Assembly: GCA_038531745.1 (NCBI GenBank)
Contig: JBCBBJ010000013.1
Location: 27,496-91,495, forward strand
Direction of reading: 5' to 3'
From: Pseudomonadota bacterium
GTDB lineage: Bacteria > Pseudomonadota > Alphaproteobacteria > Caulobacterales > Parvularculaceae
Length of the DNA stretch: 64,000 nt
Below, in pieces: positions 10,001 through 20,297 of this stretch. Made by a program: the position numbers and the translations under genes. Under the pieces are notes generated by a model. The model had not been told where the DNA came from and did no database searches. It saw nothing but the letters and a program-made list of their open reading frames with translations. Each line of letters begins with the position of its first letter. Positions within the stretch are counted from its first letter, which is position 1.

Positions 10001-11992
10001 TTCCGCGAGCGTGGCAAAGACATCCAAACCGAGCCTTTTACCGTCACAGGTGTGGGCGACATGTCTGGCGATGTTTTTGGCAATGGTATGCTTCTGTCTG
10101 ATCAGATCAGGCTCGTAGCAGCCTTTGACCACCGTGATATTTTTATTGATCCGACCCCGGACCCGGCCACTTCTTTTGCGGAGCGCCAAAGGCTCTTCAA
10201 CCTCGCACGGTCGTCCTGGCAGGATTATGACACAAACCTAATCTCCGAAGGCGGCGGTGTTTTTTCGCGGCAAGCAAAATCAATCGCCCTCACCGCTCAG
10301 ATGAAGACTTGTCTTGATTGTGATGCGGACCGGCTCACCCCCAATGAGCTTTTGACGGCCATTTTGAAAGCACCGGCGGAACTCTTCTGGCTTGGCGGTA
10401 TTGGTACCTATTTTAAGGCTGACCAGGAGGAAAATTGGCGCGTTGGCGATCGCGGCAATGACGCCATCCGCATCAATGCGTCGGAGATGCGTATGTATGT
10501 GGTGGGCGAAGGGGCTAATCTCGGCCTAACCCAGCAGGCGCGTATTGTCTTTGCCCGCAATGGCGGGGCCATCAACACGGATGCCATTGATAACTCGGCT
10601 GGCGTGGATTCATCAGATCACGAAGTGAACATCAAAATCCTGCTGCGTGAGGCAGTTCAACGTGGCGAACTTGCCCGCGAGACGCGCGATACCCTGTTGG
10701 CCGAAATGACCGATGATGTGGCACAGCTGGTGCTGCAGCATAATTACGACCAGACACGGGCCCTCACCCTCGCCCACACCACAGGCGCCGCTGATCTGAA
10801 TGCCCATCACCGGTTTATAAAATTTCTGGAAGCCGAAGGTCGACTTGACCGCCAAGTTGAGGATTTGCCCACTAACGCCACTTTGCGCGGGATGATCCGT
10901 GACGGGGCGAGCCTGACCCGCCCAGAACTTGCGGTGCTGCTTGCCTATGCGAAATTGTGGCTTTTTGACGAGCTTGTTGCCTCCCGTGTGCCCGACGATC
11001 CGGTATTCGCGCAGGAATTAGAGGCCTATTTTCCGGCGGCGGTTCAAGGTTTTGACAAGGCCCTCGCCAATCACCGACTGCGGCGCGAGATCATTGCCAC
11101 GCGTCTTTGCAATGAGCTTGTGGACACGTGCGGCATCGCGTTTGTCTATGACGCGCAAGTGAGCACCGGCGCAACCATTGAGGAAATTGTTCTATCCTAT
11201 GAGGCGGCACGACAGATTTTCAGCCTACGCACTTTTGCTGATGGGATCAGTCGGCTCGATAACACGCTGCATGCATCGGTTCAAACCGCCTTGTTTCAAG
11301 ATGCGTCGCGCTTACTGCAAGAACAGACTTACCGCCTCGTGACCGATATCCGCAGTCTTGATATTCTTAATACGCACGGGGTTATTGGCCTGCTTGATCA
11401 TTATGGGGAGGATACCCGCACCCTGCAAAAAGCGTTTTTGGAGATTGCGCCGTCTGCCCTTGCCGAGGCAATTGATGAGCGCACACGGGATTGGGAAGCA
11501 AAAGGCGTTACCCCGCAGCTCGCCCGTGAAGCAGCCCTGTTCCCGGCGCTGGAGCGCACCTTTGATAGCGTTGACACAGGCCGCGAGGCCGGGCGATCCG
11601 CCGAGCGCGCCGCGGCAGTGCTCTTTGCTGCCGGACGACGCCTGCAGCTGGAAAAACTGCGCGCCAATGTTCGGCGTTATCCCGCATCTGATCATTTCGA
11701 CCAACGTGCCATCCGGCGATTGATGGAAGAGATCACGCGCCAGCAACGCGTCTTGACCCGGCATTTGTTACAAAGTGGTGGTTTCACCGACGGCGAAATG
11801 GCCGCCGACCAATCGCTGGACGAGCTTCGTCAATGGGAAGACCAACATCGCCAGGCCTTTGATCGGTACGACCGCTTCATCACCGAGGTTGACCCCGGCG
11901 CCAATTCCGCTTTGAGTGTAAGCCAGATATCGCTGATCAACCGCCAGCTTATTGAGCTAAACGAGAGGCTGGCCGCAGAGCGGGCTACATAA
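7022..11992 (+). CDS. gdhB: Large (about 180 kDa class) NAD-specific glutamate dehydrogenase
   Basis: 1656-aa ORF with the architecture of the large NAD-GDH family. The catalytic region includes '[39 protein letters not shown]' and '[16 protein letters not shown]'. Confidence 0.9.
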   Translation: [1656 protein letters not shown]

Positions 11993-12030
11993 CCGCGTGA
12001 TCGATCTGCATTAATGGAGGCATCGTCAGG

Positions 12031-12759
12031 ATGACCAAATCGTCGCCGCCTTTCACCGTGCAAGTTGTTCCGGTTACCCCGTTTCAACAAAACTGCTCAA
12101 TCATCAAGGCACCGTCTGGCAAGGCCGCTGTTGTGGACCCTGGCGGGGAAGCCGATAAGATTTTGGCAGCGGCGGAGAAGTTTGGCGCCACCATCGAACA
12201 GATCTGGATTACCCACGGGCATCTTGACCATGCGGGCGGCGCCGAAGCGGTGAAGAAACAAACCGGTGCCCCAATCATTGGTCCGCACCGGGAGGATCAG
12301 TTCTGGCTTGAACAGATCACCAATCAGTGGACCCAATATGGCCATGCGGGCATGGGGGAAGACTGCGCGCCAGACCGCTGGCTCGAAGATGGCGACGTTC
12401 TCACCTTGGACGGCATTGACTTCAACGTTGTTTACACCCCCGGTCACACGCCGGGGCATGTGGTCATCTACCATGAAGGCATGCGTGTTGCTTTTGTGGG
12501 TGATGTGATCTTTGCCGGCAGCGTGGGGCGTACGGATTTTCCCCGCGGCGATCAGGCAACATTGGTTAGTTCGATCACGCAAAAGCTGTGGCCGCTGGGC
12601 GATGATATGCAATTCGTTCCTGGCCATGGGGGCATGTCCACCTTCGGGGCGGAGCGGCAGACAAACCCGTTTGTGAGCGATAAAGTCACAGGCTATGGCG
12701 GCGCCGCCACCAGCGCGCCGGATATCTTTGCCCAGCGCACATCTAAGCGCTGGCAGTAG
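12031..12759 (+). CDS. MBL-fold metallo-hydrolase (glyoxalase II-like)
   Basis: 'THGHLDHAGG' metal motif and 'TPGHTPGH'. GGAGG lies 9 nt upstream of the ATG. Confidence 0.85.
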   Translation: MTKSSPPFTVQVVPVTPFQQNCSIIKAPSGKAAVVDPGGEADKILAAAEKFGATIEQIWITHGHLDHAGGAEAVKKQTGAPIIGPHREDQFWLEQITNQWTQYGHAGMGEDCAPDRWLEDGDVLTLDGIDFNVVYTPGHTPGHVVIYHEGMRVAFVGDVIFAGSVGRTDFPRGDQATLVSSITQKLWPLGDDMQFVPGHGGMSTFGAERQTNPFVSDKVTGYGGAATSAPDIFAQRTSKRWQ

Positions 12760-12910
12760 GCTCGGAGCCTGGCATTCAGGCGCGCAATTTTACCCTTTGC
12801 GGTTGGCGGAAACTTCGCCTATAGCACCCTCTTAGCCAACAGAATCATAGCCTATCGCACTGCCCTTGGGACATTCCCGGCGGTGCGCGTTTTTGCGCGC
12901 GAGTAACCTT

Positions 12911-15900
12911 ATGCCCAAACGAACTGACATTTCTTCCATTCTTATTATCGGCGCAGGACCTATTGTGATCGGTCAGGCCTGTGAGTTCGATTATTCTGGT
13001 GTGCAGGCCGTCAAGGCCCTGAAAGAAGAGGGCTACCGGGTCGTCCTCGTTAACTCCAATCCCGCCACAATCATGACCGATCCAGGGCTCGCCGACGCCA
13101 CTTATCTGGAACCAATCCTACCGGAATTTGTGGAAAAGATCATCGCAAAGGAGCGCCCCGATGCCCTCCTACCGACGATGGGCGGGCAAACGGCCCTGAA
13201 CTGCGCGCTCGATTTGGAACGTGACGGGGTGTTGGAAAAATATGATGTGGAGATGATCGGTGCGCGCGCCGAGGCCATCGACAAGGCGGAGGACCGGGAG
13301 AAGTTCCGCGCCGCCATGGAAAATATTGGCCTGGAAAATCCACGCGCCGTGATTGCCAGCTCCCCAGAAATCAAGGATGAGACTGGCAAAATCATCGGCT
13401 ATGACCGGGTGAAGGGTTTGGCCGACGCCATGACGGCGTTGGAAGAGATTGGGTTGCCGGCCATTATTCGCCCGGCCTTTACCCTTGGTGGGACCGGCGG
13501 CGGGGTTGCCTATAACCGCGATGAATATGAGACAATCGTCCGTGGGGGGATTGATGCGTCACCTGTTGGACAAATCCTGATTGATGAAAGCCTTTTAGGC
13601 TGGAAAGAATATGAGATGGAGGTCGTACGCGACCGCGCCGATAACGCCATCATCATTTGCTCCATTGAAAATATTGACCCTATGGGCGTTCACACGGGCG
13701 ATTCCATCACTGTTGCCCCGGCGCTGACGCTTACCGACAAGGAGTACCAGATTATGCGCTCGGCATCGCTGGCGGTGCTGCGCGAAATTGGCGTTGAAAC
13801 CGGGGGATCAAATGTTCAGTTTGCGGTCAATCCCGATAATGGCCGCCTCGTGGTGATTGAGATGAACCCGCGTGTGTCGCGCTCGTCTGCGCTCGCGTCA
13901 AAGGCAACGGGCTTTCCCATTGCGCGCATCGCCGCCAAGCTTTCGGTTGGCTACACGCTTGATGAACTTGATAATGACATCACCAAGGCGACGCCTGCCT
14001 CTTTTGAGCCGACCATCGACTATGTCGTCACCAAAATCCCGCGTTTTGCTTTCGAGAAATTTCCGGGTGCGGAAAATACATTATCCACCGCCATGAAATC
14101 CGTTGGCGAAGCCATGGCCATCGGGCGCAACTTTGCGGAGTCCCTGCAAAAAGCCCTGCGCTCCCTGGAAACAGGGCTTTCTGGTCTTGATCCCATTGAG
14201 ATAGCTGGTCTTGGCGCGGGCGACGATATAAACGCCTTTCGCGCGGCCCTCGCAGCGCCCACGCCTGACCGCCTGCGCGTCACCGCTGAAGCATTCCGCC
14301 GTGGCATGCCGATTGAGCAGGTTCGCTCAATCACCGCTTATGATCCTTGGTTTCTGGAGCAAATTCAAACAATCCTGGCCATGGAGGCGCAAATTGCGCG
14401 CGACGGTATCCCCATCGATACCGAGCCCCTTCGCGATCTGAAGGCCATGGGGTTTTCCGATCAGCGCCTTGCCGATCTTGTTGACGCAACCGAACAGGAG
14501 GTGCGCGAGCACCGTCTTTCCCTCAAGGTAAAACCTCTATTCAAACGAATTGATACGTGTGCGGCAGAATTCAAGGCGATCACGCCCTATATGTATGCAA
14601 GTTATGAGCGCCCCATCGAAGGTTTAGCGGGCTGTGAAGCCGCACCCTCGACCCGTAAAAAAGTCATCATTCTGGGCGGCGGACCAAACCGCATTGGCCA
14701 GGGTATCGAGTTTGATTATTGCTGCTGCCACGCGGCGTTTGCCATGGCCGATCTCGATATTGAATCGATCATGGTCAACTGTAATCCGGAAACCGTCTCC
14801 ACCGATTATGACACCTCCGATCGGCTTTATTTTGAGCCCCTCACCGCTGAAAGCGTACTCGATATCATCGAGAAAGAACGCGAAAGCGGCACGCTTCTCG
14901 GCGTCATTGTTCAATATGGCGGCCAAACACCGTTGGGCCTCGCACAGCGTCTTGAGGAGAGCGGCGTTCCCCTCCTCGGCACCGGATTTGATGCCATTGA
15001 TCTTGCCGAAGACCGCGAGCGCTTTCAAAAACTGATTGGTGATATCGGCCTGCAACAGCCAAACAATGCCACCGTGCCGGACCGGGATGCGGCCCTGAAC
15101 GCGGCGCAAACGGTTGGCTATCCGCTGGTCACCCGCCCGTCTTATGTACTCGGTGGGCGGGCCATGGAAATCGTCCATAATGAGGAGGCCCTGCGCACCT
15201 ATCTTGCCACCGCTAATATCGACATCAGTGACCAACAACCCCTCCTGCTTGATCAATATTTGAAGAACGCCGTTGAAGTTGATGTTGATGCAATCTGTGA
15301 CGGCACCCGCGTCTTTATTGCCGGGGTGATGGAGCATATTGAAGAGGCCGGCGTTCATTCCGGCGATAGTGCCTGTGCGCTGCCCCCCTATACGCTAAGT
15401 ACACAGATGATTGCCGCGCTGGAGGACCAGACCCGTAAGCTTGGCATGGCCTTAAATGTGGTGGGCCTGATTAATGTGCAATTTGCGATACAGGGGGAGA
15501 CGATTTTCGTCCTGGAGGTGAACCCCCGCGCCTCGCGCACGGTGCCGTTTGTGGCAAAGACCATCGGCCTGCCCGTGGCACGTCTCGCCGCCAAAGTCAT
15601 GGCGGGCACAAGCCTCGACGAACTCGGCCTCGGCGACCGGGCCAAAAGTCTAGGACACACAGCCGTAAAAGAGGTTGTGTTTCCGTTTGCGCGGTTTTCC
15701 GGTGTTGACACCGTGCTGGGGCCGGAAATGCGCTCCACCGGCGAAGTCATGGGGCTCGATACCGGCTTTGCCAAGGCGCGCGCCAAAAGCCTACTCGCGG
15801 CGGGGGCAAAAATTCCTATCGCGGGATGTGTCTTTATCTCGCTCAAAGATGGCGACAAGACCGATATGGTCGGTGCGGCGCGCGATCTCCTTGATATGGG

Positions 15901-16225
15901 CTTTTCAATTATTGCCACCGCCGGGACGGCAAGTTTTTTCAATGCCCACGGGCTTGCCGTGACCCACGTGAACAAGGTGCTTGAAGGGCGTCCGCATATT
16001 GTTGATGCCCTGAAAAATGGGGAGGTGCAGATGGTATTCAATACCACCGAAGGCGCCCAGTCAGTGGCAGATTCGCGGTCAATCCGCACCACGGCGCTCT
16101 ATCAAAAAATCCCATGCATCACGACCGCTGCTGGCGCACGGGCGGCTGTGCGGGCCATCGCAGAATTGCGCAAAGACAGCCTCGATGTATTGGCGCTTCA
16201 GTCTTACGGTGTCGCGACCCGGTAA
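12911..16225 (+). CDS. carB: Carbamoyl-phosphate synthase large subunit
   Basis: '[30 protein letters not shown]' at ATG 12911. Duplicated ATP-grasp halves, with the second starting '[22 protein letters not shown]'. MGS-like C-terminus. Confidence 0.97.
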   Translation: MPKRTDISSILIIGAGPIVIGQACEFDYSGVQAVKALKEEGYRVVLVNSNPATIMTDPGLADATYLEPILPEFVEKIIAKERPDALLPTMGGQTALNCALDLERDGVLEKYDVEMIGARAEAIDKAEDREKFRAAMENIGLENPRAVIASSPEIKDETGKIIGYDRVKGLADAMTALEEIGLPAIIRPAFTLGGTGGGVAYNRDEYETIVRGGIDASPVGQILIDESLLGWKEYEMEVVRDRADNAIIICSIENIDPMGVHTGDSITVAPALTLTDKEYQIMRSASLAVLREIGVETGGSNVQFAVNPDNGRLVVIEMNPRVSRSSALASKATGFPIARIAAKLSVGYTLDELDNDITKATPASFEPTIDYVVTKIPRFAFEKFPGAENTLSTAMKSVGEAMAIGRNFAESLQKALRSLETGLSGLDPIEIAGLGAGDDINAFRAALAAPTPDRLRVTAEAFRRGMPIEQVRSITAYDPWFLEQIQTILAMEAQIARDGIPIDTEPLRDLKAMGFSDQRLADLVDATEQEVREHRLSLKVKPLFKRIDTCAAEFKAITPYMYASYERPIEGLAGCEAAPSTRKKVIILGGGPNRIGQGIEFDYCCCHAAFAMADLDIESIMVNCNPETVSTDYDTSDRLYFEPLTAESVLDIIEKERESGTLLGVIVQYGGQTPLGLAQRLEESGVPLLGTGFDAIDLAEDRERFQKLIGDIGLQQPNNATVPDRDAALNAAQTVGYPLVTRPSYVLGGRAMEIVHNEEALRTYLATANIDISDQQPLLLDQYLKNAVEVDVDAICDGTRVFIAGVMEHIEEAGVHSGDSACALPPYTLSTQMIAALEDQTRKLGMALNVVGLINVQFAIQGETIFVLEVNPRASRTVPFVAKTIGLPVARLAAKVMAGTSLDELGLGDRAKSLGHTAVKEVVFPFARFSGVDTVLGPEMRSTGEVMGLDTGFAKARAKSLLAAGAKIPIAGCVFISLKDGDKTDMVGAARDLLDMGFSIIATAGTASFFNAHGLAVTHVNKVLEGRPHIVDALKNGEVQMVFNTTEGAQSVADSRSIRTTALYQKIPCITTAAGARAAVRAIAELRKDSLDVLALQSYGVATR

Positions 16226-18060
16226 ATTTCAACGGTTTCGGTGCGCCCCTCATCCATGATTTGCGGGCTGGCCACCAGATCAAGAAAGTCTGGCACCTCC
16301 CCGCGTGCCAGGTGCGCAACGAGGCCCTCACCATATTCGCGCTCCAGAAACCGCATGAAATTGCTGGGATAGCAGAACAGAACATAGTCAACATTGTTCG
16401 CTTGTAGCCGTCCCAAAGCTTGCTCCGGCGGATAGGTGAAGACGCGAATACCATCGACAATACCGTTAACATTGCGGTGGTAGTTACCCGTCAACACACG
16501 GTGGCGCGTTTCATTGAGAAGCGCCGGCGCGGCATTGGGCGCCGCGGCAATCAGCCCGTTTGGAAGATTGTTCAGGGCCCCAATGATCGTGGGACCATAG
16601 CACCCGTTTGGACCCGCAAGATCCTCTATTTCGTAGAGGGTATCTTCTTCTTCACTGGCAAAGCTTGTTTCGATAATGCCAAATGGCAACGCCCATACCA
16701 ACGGGATGGACGCACCAAGGGCCAGAATAGCACCGGCGCGGTCGCCGCCAGTTGTTTGCGCGCGCTCATAACAACGGGCCACCCATAGCGCCAACGGCAA
16801 GATTGCGAATAAGAAACCAAAGTGCAGAAACCGCGCCTGGTAGGTGGTGAATAAAATCGTCGTCAGCAAGAGCGCAACAAACAACCCGTGGACGCTCACA
16901 TTTTGACGGCGCCACACTTGATACGCACACAGACCAAGAGCCAGCACCTGCACCCCTAACATATATGGCGCCAGGATCATGGGGGATTCCGGTAATTTCC
17001 AGAGCGGTTTTGCTTCCTTCACATTGTCGAGCCACAAGTGTTTTGCATCAGCCGGCAAAGCTGAGAGCGGATTTGAAAGACATTGCGGTGCTGCCGTGAG
17101 GATCAGAACAAGACAAACAGCACCCAACCCGGCGAGCGCCCCGAAGCGGATCAGCCGTGACCCCTTAACCAGTGTCGATAAGACCGCCAGACCAAGACCC
17201 GCCACCAGCCCCGCACCAAAAATAATACTTGAATACGTATCGCAGTAAACAGCCAAATAGTTTTGTGGGGCAACCGTTCCCACAAAGACAATACCGAGCG
17301 TTGCCGCAAATGCTACACCAAAGGCCTGGACCGCGGACGTCAGTTTCTCACCCATGACGGCCCAAAAGCACGCCGCCCCCGCACACAGCACAGCCGAAAA
17401 AACATAAATTTCCATGCCAATGGCGAACGTCAACCCAAGGGCGATACCCGCAACCGCAAAAGATGACCGGCGCCACTGCGGATCAAGCAGCCCGCCAAGG
17501 GCAACCGCCAGCAATGCGAGCTGCAGATTGTGATGGTCGATGGCACCTGGCGCAAACCGAAAATGCTTGAAGAGAAAAGCCACCGTGAGGATTGCGGTGA
17601 CAGCCACAAAGGCCGGTCCGCCAACCCGGCGCGCCCCGGTGATCAAGCCAAACACCACCAGCGCCGAACACAAAACGGGCCACAGCGTGTACCCAACCTT
17701 TTCGGCCTGCGCGTAGGGAAGGAAAAGATCAGCTGCACCAATCAGGACAATAAGAGGAAAATCTGGCACCCGGCTCCAATGCATAAGCGTTCCGTCACTA
17801 CCAAGACGATATTGATGTAGATCAAACCAGCTTTGCCCAGCGAAGAAATCCCGCACCTGTAACAGGCGCATCATGTCATCACTATCGCCGCCAACAGCAC
17901 CTAACGTGCCATTAAACGCTGCCTGACCAAATAGCGAAAGTATGATGAGAAGACTGATCACTTTAATCAAATGATCATTGAGCGTGCACGCTAACATGGC
18001 TATCAAATTTCCATTGTCCCGGTAATAACCGAATTGCCCAACCAGGCAACGAACCGTCAC
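16204..18060 (-). CDS. Polytopic (about 12-14 TM) GT-C-like membrane glycosyltransferase candidate with a soluble C-terminal domain; family unassigned
   Basis: 618-aa ORF. The first loop after TM1 carries the acidic motif '[24 protein letters not shown]'. Many hydrophobic helices are followed by a ~150-aa hydrophilic C-terminus. Divergent from the GT2 gene. Start is ambiguous (GTG 18060 or ATG 17997). Confidence 0.6.
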   Translation of the reverse strand: MTVRCLVGQFGYYRDNGNLIAMLACTLNDHLIKVISLLIILSLFGQAAFNGTLGAVGGDSDDMMRLLQVRDFFAGQSWFDLHQYRLGSDGTLMHWSRVPDFPLIVLIGAADLFLPYAQAEKVGYTLWPVLCSALVVFGLITGARRVGGPAFVAVTAILTVAFLFKHFRFAPGAIDHHNLQLALLAVALGGLLDPQWRRSSFAVAGIALGLTFAIGMEIYVFSAVLCAGAACFWAVMGEKLTSAVQAFGVAFAATLGIVFVGTVAPQNYLAVYCDTYSSIIFGAGLVAGLGLAVLSTLVKGSRLIRFGALAGLGAVCLVLILTAAPQCLSNPLSALPADAKHLWLDNVKEAKPLWKLPESPMILAPYMLGVQVLALGLCAYQVWRRQNVSVHGLFVALLLTTILFTTYQARFLHFGFLFAILPLALWVARCYERAQTTGGDRAGAILALGASIPLVWALPFGIIETSFASEEEDTLYEIEDLAGPNGCYGPTIIGALNNLPNGLIAAAPNAAPALLNETRHRVLTGNYHRNVNGIVDGIRVFTYPPEQALGRLQANNVDYVLFCYPSNFMRFLEREYGEGLVAHLARGEVPDFLDLVASPQIMDEGRTETVEIYRVATP

Positions 18061-18164
18061 GCAAACGCGCGGCGTTGCCGATCCTGTCCATCGCGAGAAA
18101 GGTAACTTTAACCTCTTAAGATTACATAAAGGGTAATACCCATAGCACTTGCCATGAGCCCTTT

Positions 18165-19181
18165 ATGACCGATACTAAGCCAACCGATCACGACGTTGCG
18201 ATCCTGCTACCTTGCTATAATGAGGCCCAGTCAATTGCCCGGGTCATTTTTGACTTTCGCAAAGCATTACCGGGTACACGGATATTCGTCTTTGACAATA
18301 ATTCCACGGATGCCACAGCGGAACAGGCCGCGCGGGCCGGAGCAACGGTCATCCCCTGTCGCCGTCAAGGTAAAGGTAATGTCGTGCGGCAGATGTTTGC
18401 CGATATTGATGCCGATATTTACCTGATGGCCGATGGCGATGGCACCTATGACGCCAGCGCCGCACCCACCATGATTGAGCGGATGATCAATGATCGCGCC
18501 GATATGCTCGTGGCAACGCGCCGCGATGTGACCAAAGATGCTGGTCGTACGGGCCACGCGTTCGGTAACAAGCTTTTTAACACGCTATATCGTTTTATTT
18601 TCAAAGCAGACTTTTCCGATATCTTCTCCGGCTACCGTGTTTTTTCACGGCGCTTTGCCAAAAGCTTTCCGGCTGACTCTCACGGCTTTGAGATTGAGAC
18701 GGAAATGTCCGTTCATGCCTCCATGTTGCGGCTGACCGTTTCGGAAATTGACGTTCCCTACGGACGGCGGGAGGAAGGCAGCCAAAGCAAGCTTTCAACC
18801 TTCAAGGATGGATTCAAAATCCTAGTGATGATGATGACCCTTATGAAGGAAACACGGCCCTTCCGCTTTTTTGGGGCCATCGCGCTCTTTCTTGGCGTCA
18901 CCAGCATGGCCTTTATGATCCCGGTGGTGACGGAGTATTTCCAAACCGGTCTCGTGGAGCGCATGCCCACCTGGGTACTGGCCATGACGCTATTACTTGG
19001 GGCGATGATGGCGCTGATGGCAGGGACAATTCTTGATTCCGTTGCGCGGGCGCGGGCAGAACAAAAACGCAATTTCTTTTTGTCAATCGATCCGGTTGTA
19101 GAGCGTTCGTCAACGCATACCGCCCATGCCGATGTGCTCATTGATGAGCGCCTTAACCTGAACGTTATGAATGACCGATAG
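18165..19181 (+). CDS. GT2 polyprenyl-phosphate glycosyltransferase (ArnC/GtrB/DPM-synthase-like) with two C-terminal TM helices
   Basis: 'VAILLPCYNEAQSI', 'VFDNNSTDAT', 'MADGDGTYD' (DxD). C-terminal 'FRFFGAIALFLGVTSMAFMIPVV' and 'WVLAMTLLLGAMMALMAGTIL'. Confidence 0.85.
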   Translation: MTDTKPTDHDVAILLPCYNEAQSIARVIFDFRKALPGTRIFVFDNNSTDATAEQAARAGATVIPCRRQGKGNVVRQMFADIDADIYLMADGDGTYDASAAPTMIERMINDRADMLVATRRDVTKDAGRTGHAFGNKLFNTLYRFIFKADFSDIFSGYRVFSRRFAKSFPADSHGFEIETEMSVHASMLRLTVSEIDVPYGRREEGSQSKLSTFKDGFKILVMMMTLMKETRPFRFFGAIALFLGVTSMAFMIPVVTEYFQTGLVERMPTWVLAMTLLLGAMMALMAGTILDSVARARAEQKRNFFLSIDPVVERSSTHTAHADVLIDERLNLNVMNDR

Positions 19182-19193
19182 GAATGAAGGCCC

Positions 19194-19922
19194 ATGAACC
19201 GTGAGCTAACCAATAAAATACGCTTTGTTATAGAAGATTTATGTCCCGCTTTTTTGCGGGACTCGGCGGTGTTCCGCCTTCTGGCAAAAACCGTCTGGGG
19301 CCCCCATATCGATGATCTTGCGCGATTTCGCGAACGAGCCGCGTTCCTAACGGAAGAAGAATATGAAGCGCTCTATCGTCATCACCCCCGTGTGCATGAC
19401 GATACCGATAACTCGGCAGCGTGTATTCGGCGCATTGCCAAAGATATTGTGGGCACATCTGTTTGTGATATTGGCTGCGGCACTGGTCACCTCCTGAGAG
19501 AGATTTTGAAAACCCATCCGGATCTGCAATCCGTCACCGGTGTTGATTTGGTAATTGACGGTGTTGAGCCGGACCCGCGCATTCGTTTTGAGAGTGCAAA
19601 GGTCGAGGCGCTCCCGTTTGAAGATAATGCATTTGATACGGTGATCTGTACCCATGTGATTGAGCATATTCTCGATTATCGTGCCGCAATCGCCGAACTT
19701 CGCCGGATTACAGCGAAGCGTCTAATTATCATTGTGCCGCGCGAGCGCGAATATCGGTATACATTCAATCCGCATTTTAATTTCTTTCCGTACACCCATT
19801 CTTTTTTGCGAGCGATGCATCCGGTGCCTAGCACCCATAAGTGTGAGGATATTCAGCGCGATATCTACTATTGCGAAGACATGCCCGTCACGGTGACCAA
19901 GGCAAGCGATCTGGCCGCATGA
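19194..19922 (+). CDS. Class I SAM-dependent methyltransferase
   Basis: Motif I 'VCDIGCGTGHLL'; 'FDTVICTHVIEHI'; 'LIIIVPRE'. Confidence 0.8.
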   Translation: MNRELTNKIRFVIEDLCPAFLRDSAVFRLLAKTVWGPHIDDLARFRERAAFLTEEEYEALYRHHPRVHDDTDNSAACIRRIAKDIVGTSVCDIGCGTGHLLREILKTHPDLQSVTGVDLVIDGVEPDPRIRFESAKVEALPFEDNAFDTVICTHVIEHILDYRAAIAELRRITAKRLIIIVPREREYRYTFNPHFNFFPYTHSFLRAMHPVPSTHKCEDIQRDIYYCEDMPVTVTKASDLAA

Positions 19923-20278
19923 AGTCGATCTCACTCCCCGTTTTCGCCCTCTTGCTTCTGACGCCCATGATGATTGCGGTGGGTCAGGTGTTGTTTAAGG
20001 TCACAAGCCAACGTCTTTTGACGGGTGGCCAAGGCAGCCTGCTGTCACTCTTGTGGCAACCAACCTTTATTCTTGCCCTGGCAATTTATGGCAGTGCAAC
20101 GCTGATCTGGATCTTTGTCCTGAAGACAGTGCCGCTGGGGTTTGCTTATTCCTTCATGGCACTGACCTTTATTGCCGTTCCGGTACTCGCCACGTGGTTT
20201 CTGGGCGAGCCCTTAACGTGGCGCTACGCCCTTGGTACCGGCATGATCATGCTGGGACTTGTTGTTGCAAACAGCTAG
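19919..20278 (+). CDS. Small EamA/SMR-like 4-TM membrane protein (ArnE/ArnF-like lipid-linked sugar flippase candidate)
   Basis: ATG at 19919 overlaps the methyltransferase stop (ATGA). 'MKSISLPVFALLLLTPMMIAVGQVLFK' is followed by three more helices, giving about 119 aa. Confidence 0.7.
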   Translation: MKSISLPVFALLLLTPMMIAVGQVLFKVTSQRLLTGGQGSLLSLLWQPTFILALAIYGSATLIWIFVLKTVPLGFAYSFMALTFIAVPVLATWFLGEPLTWRYALGTGMIMLGLVVANS

Positions 20279-20297
20279 TGTAATGGCGCGCCGAGGA

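Noticed and set aside
14624-16092. 244-aa and 234-aa minus-strand ORFs inside carB
   Set aside because: Both are antisense to an unambiguous, uninterrupted carB reading frame and have no family features.
18154-18168. Four-codon mini-ORF (ATG AGC CCT TTA TGA) whose stop overlaps the GT2 start codon
   Set aside because: It is too short and lacks an SD. It could be a coupling uORF, but chance explains it equally well, and I cannot support it from sequence alone.
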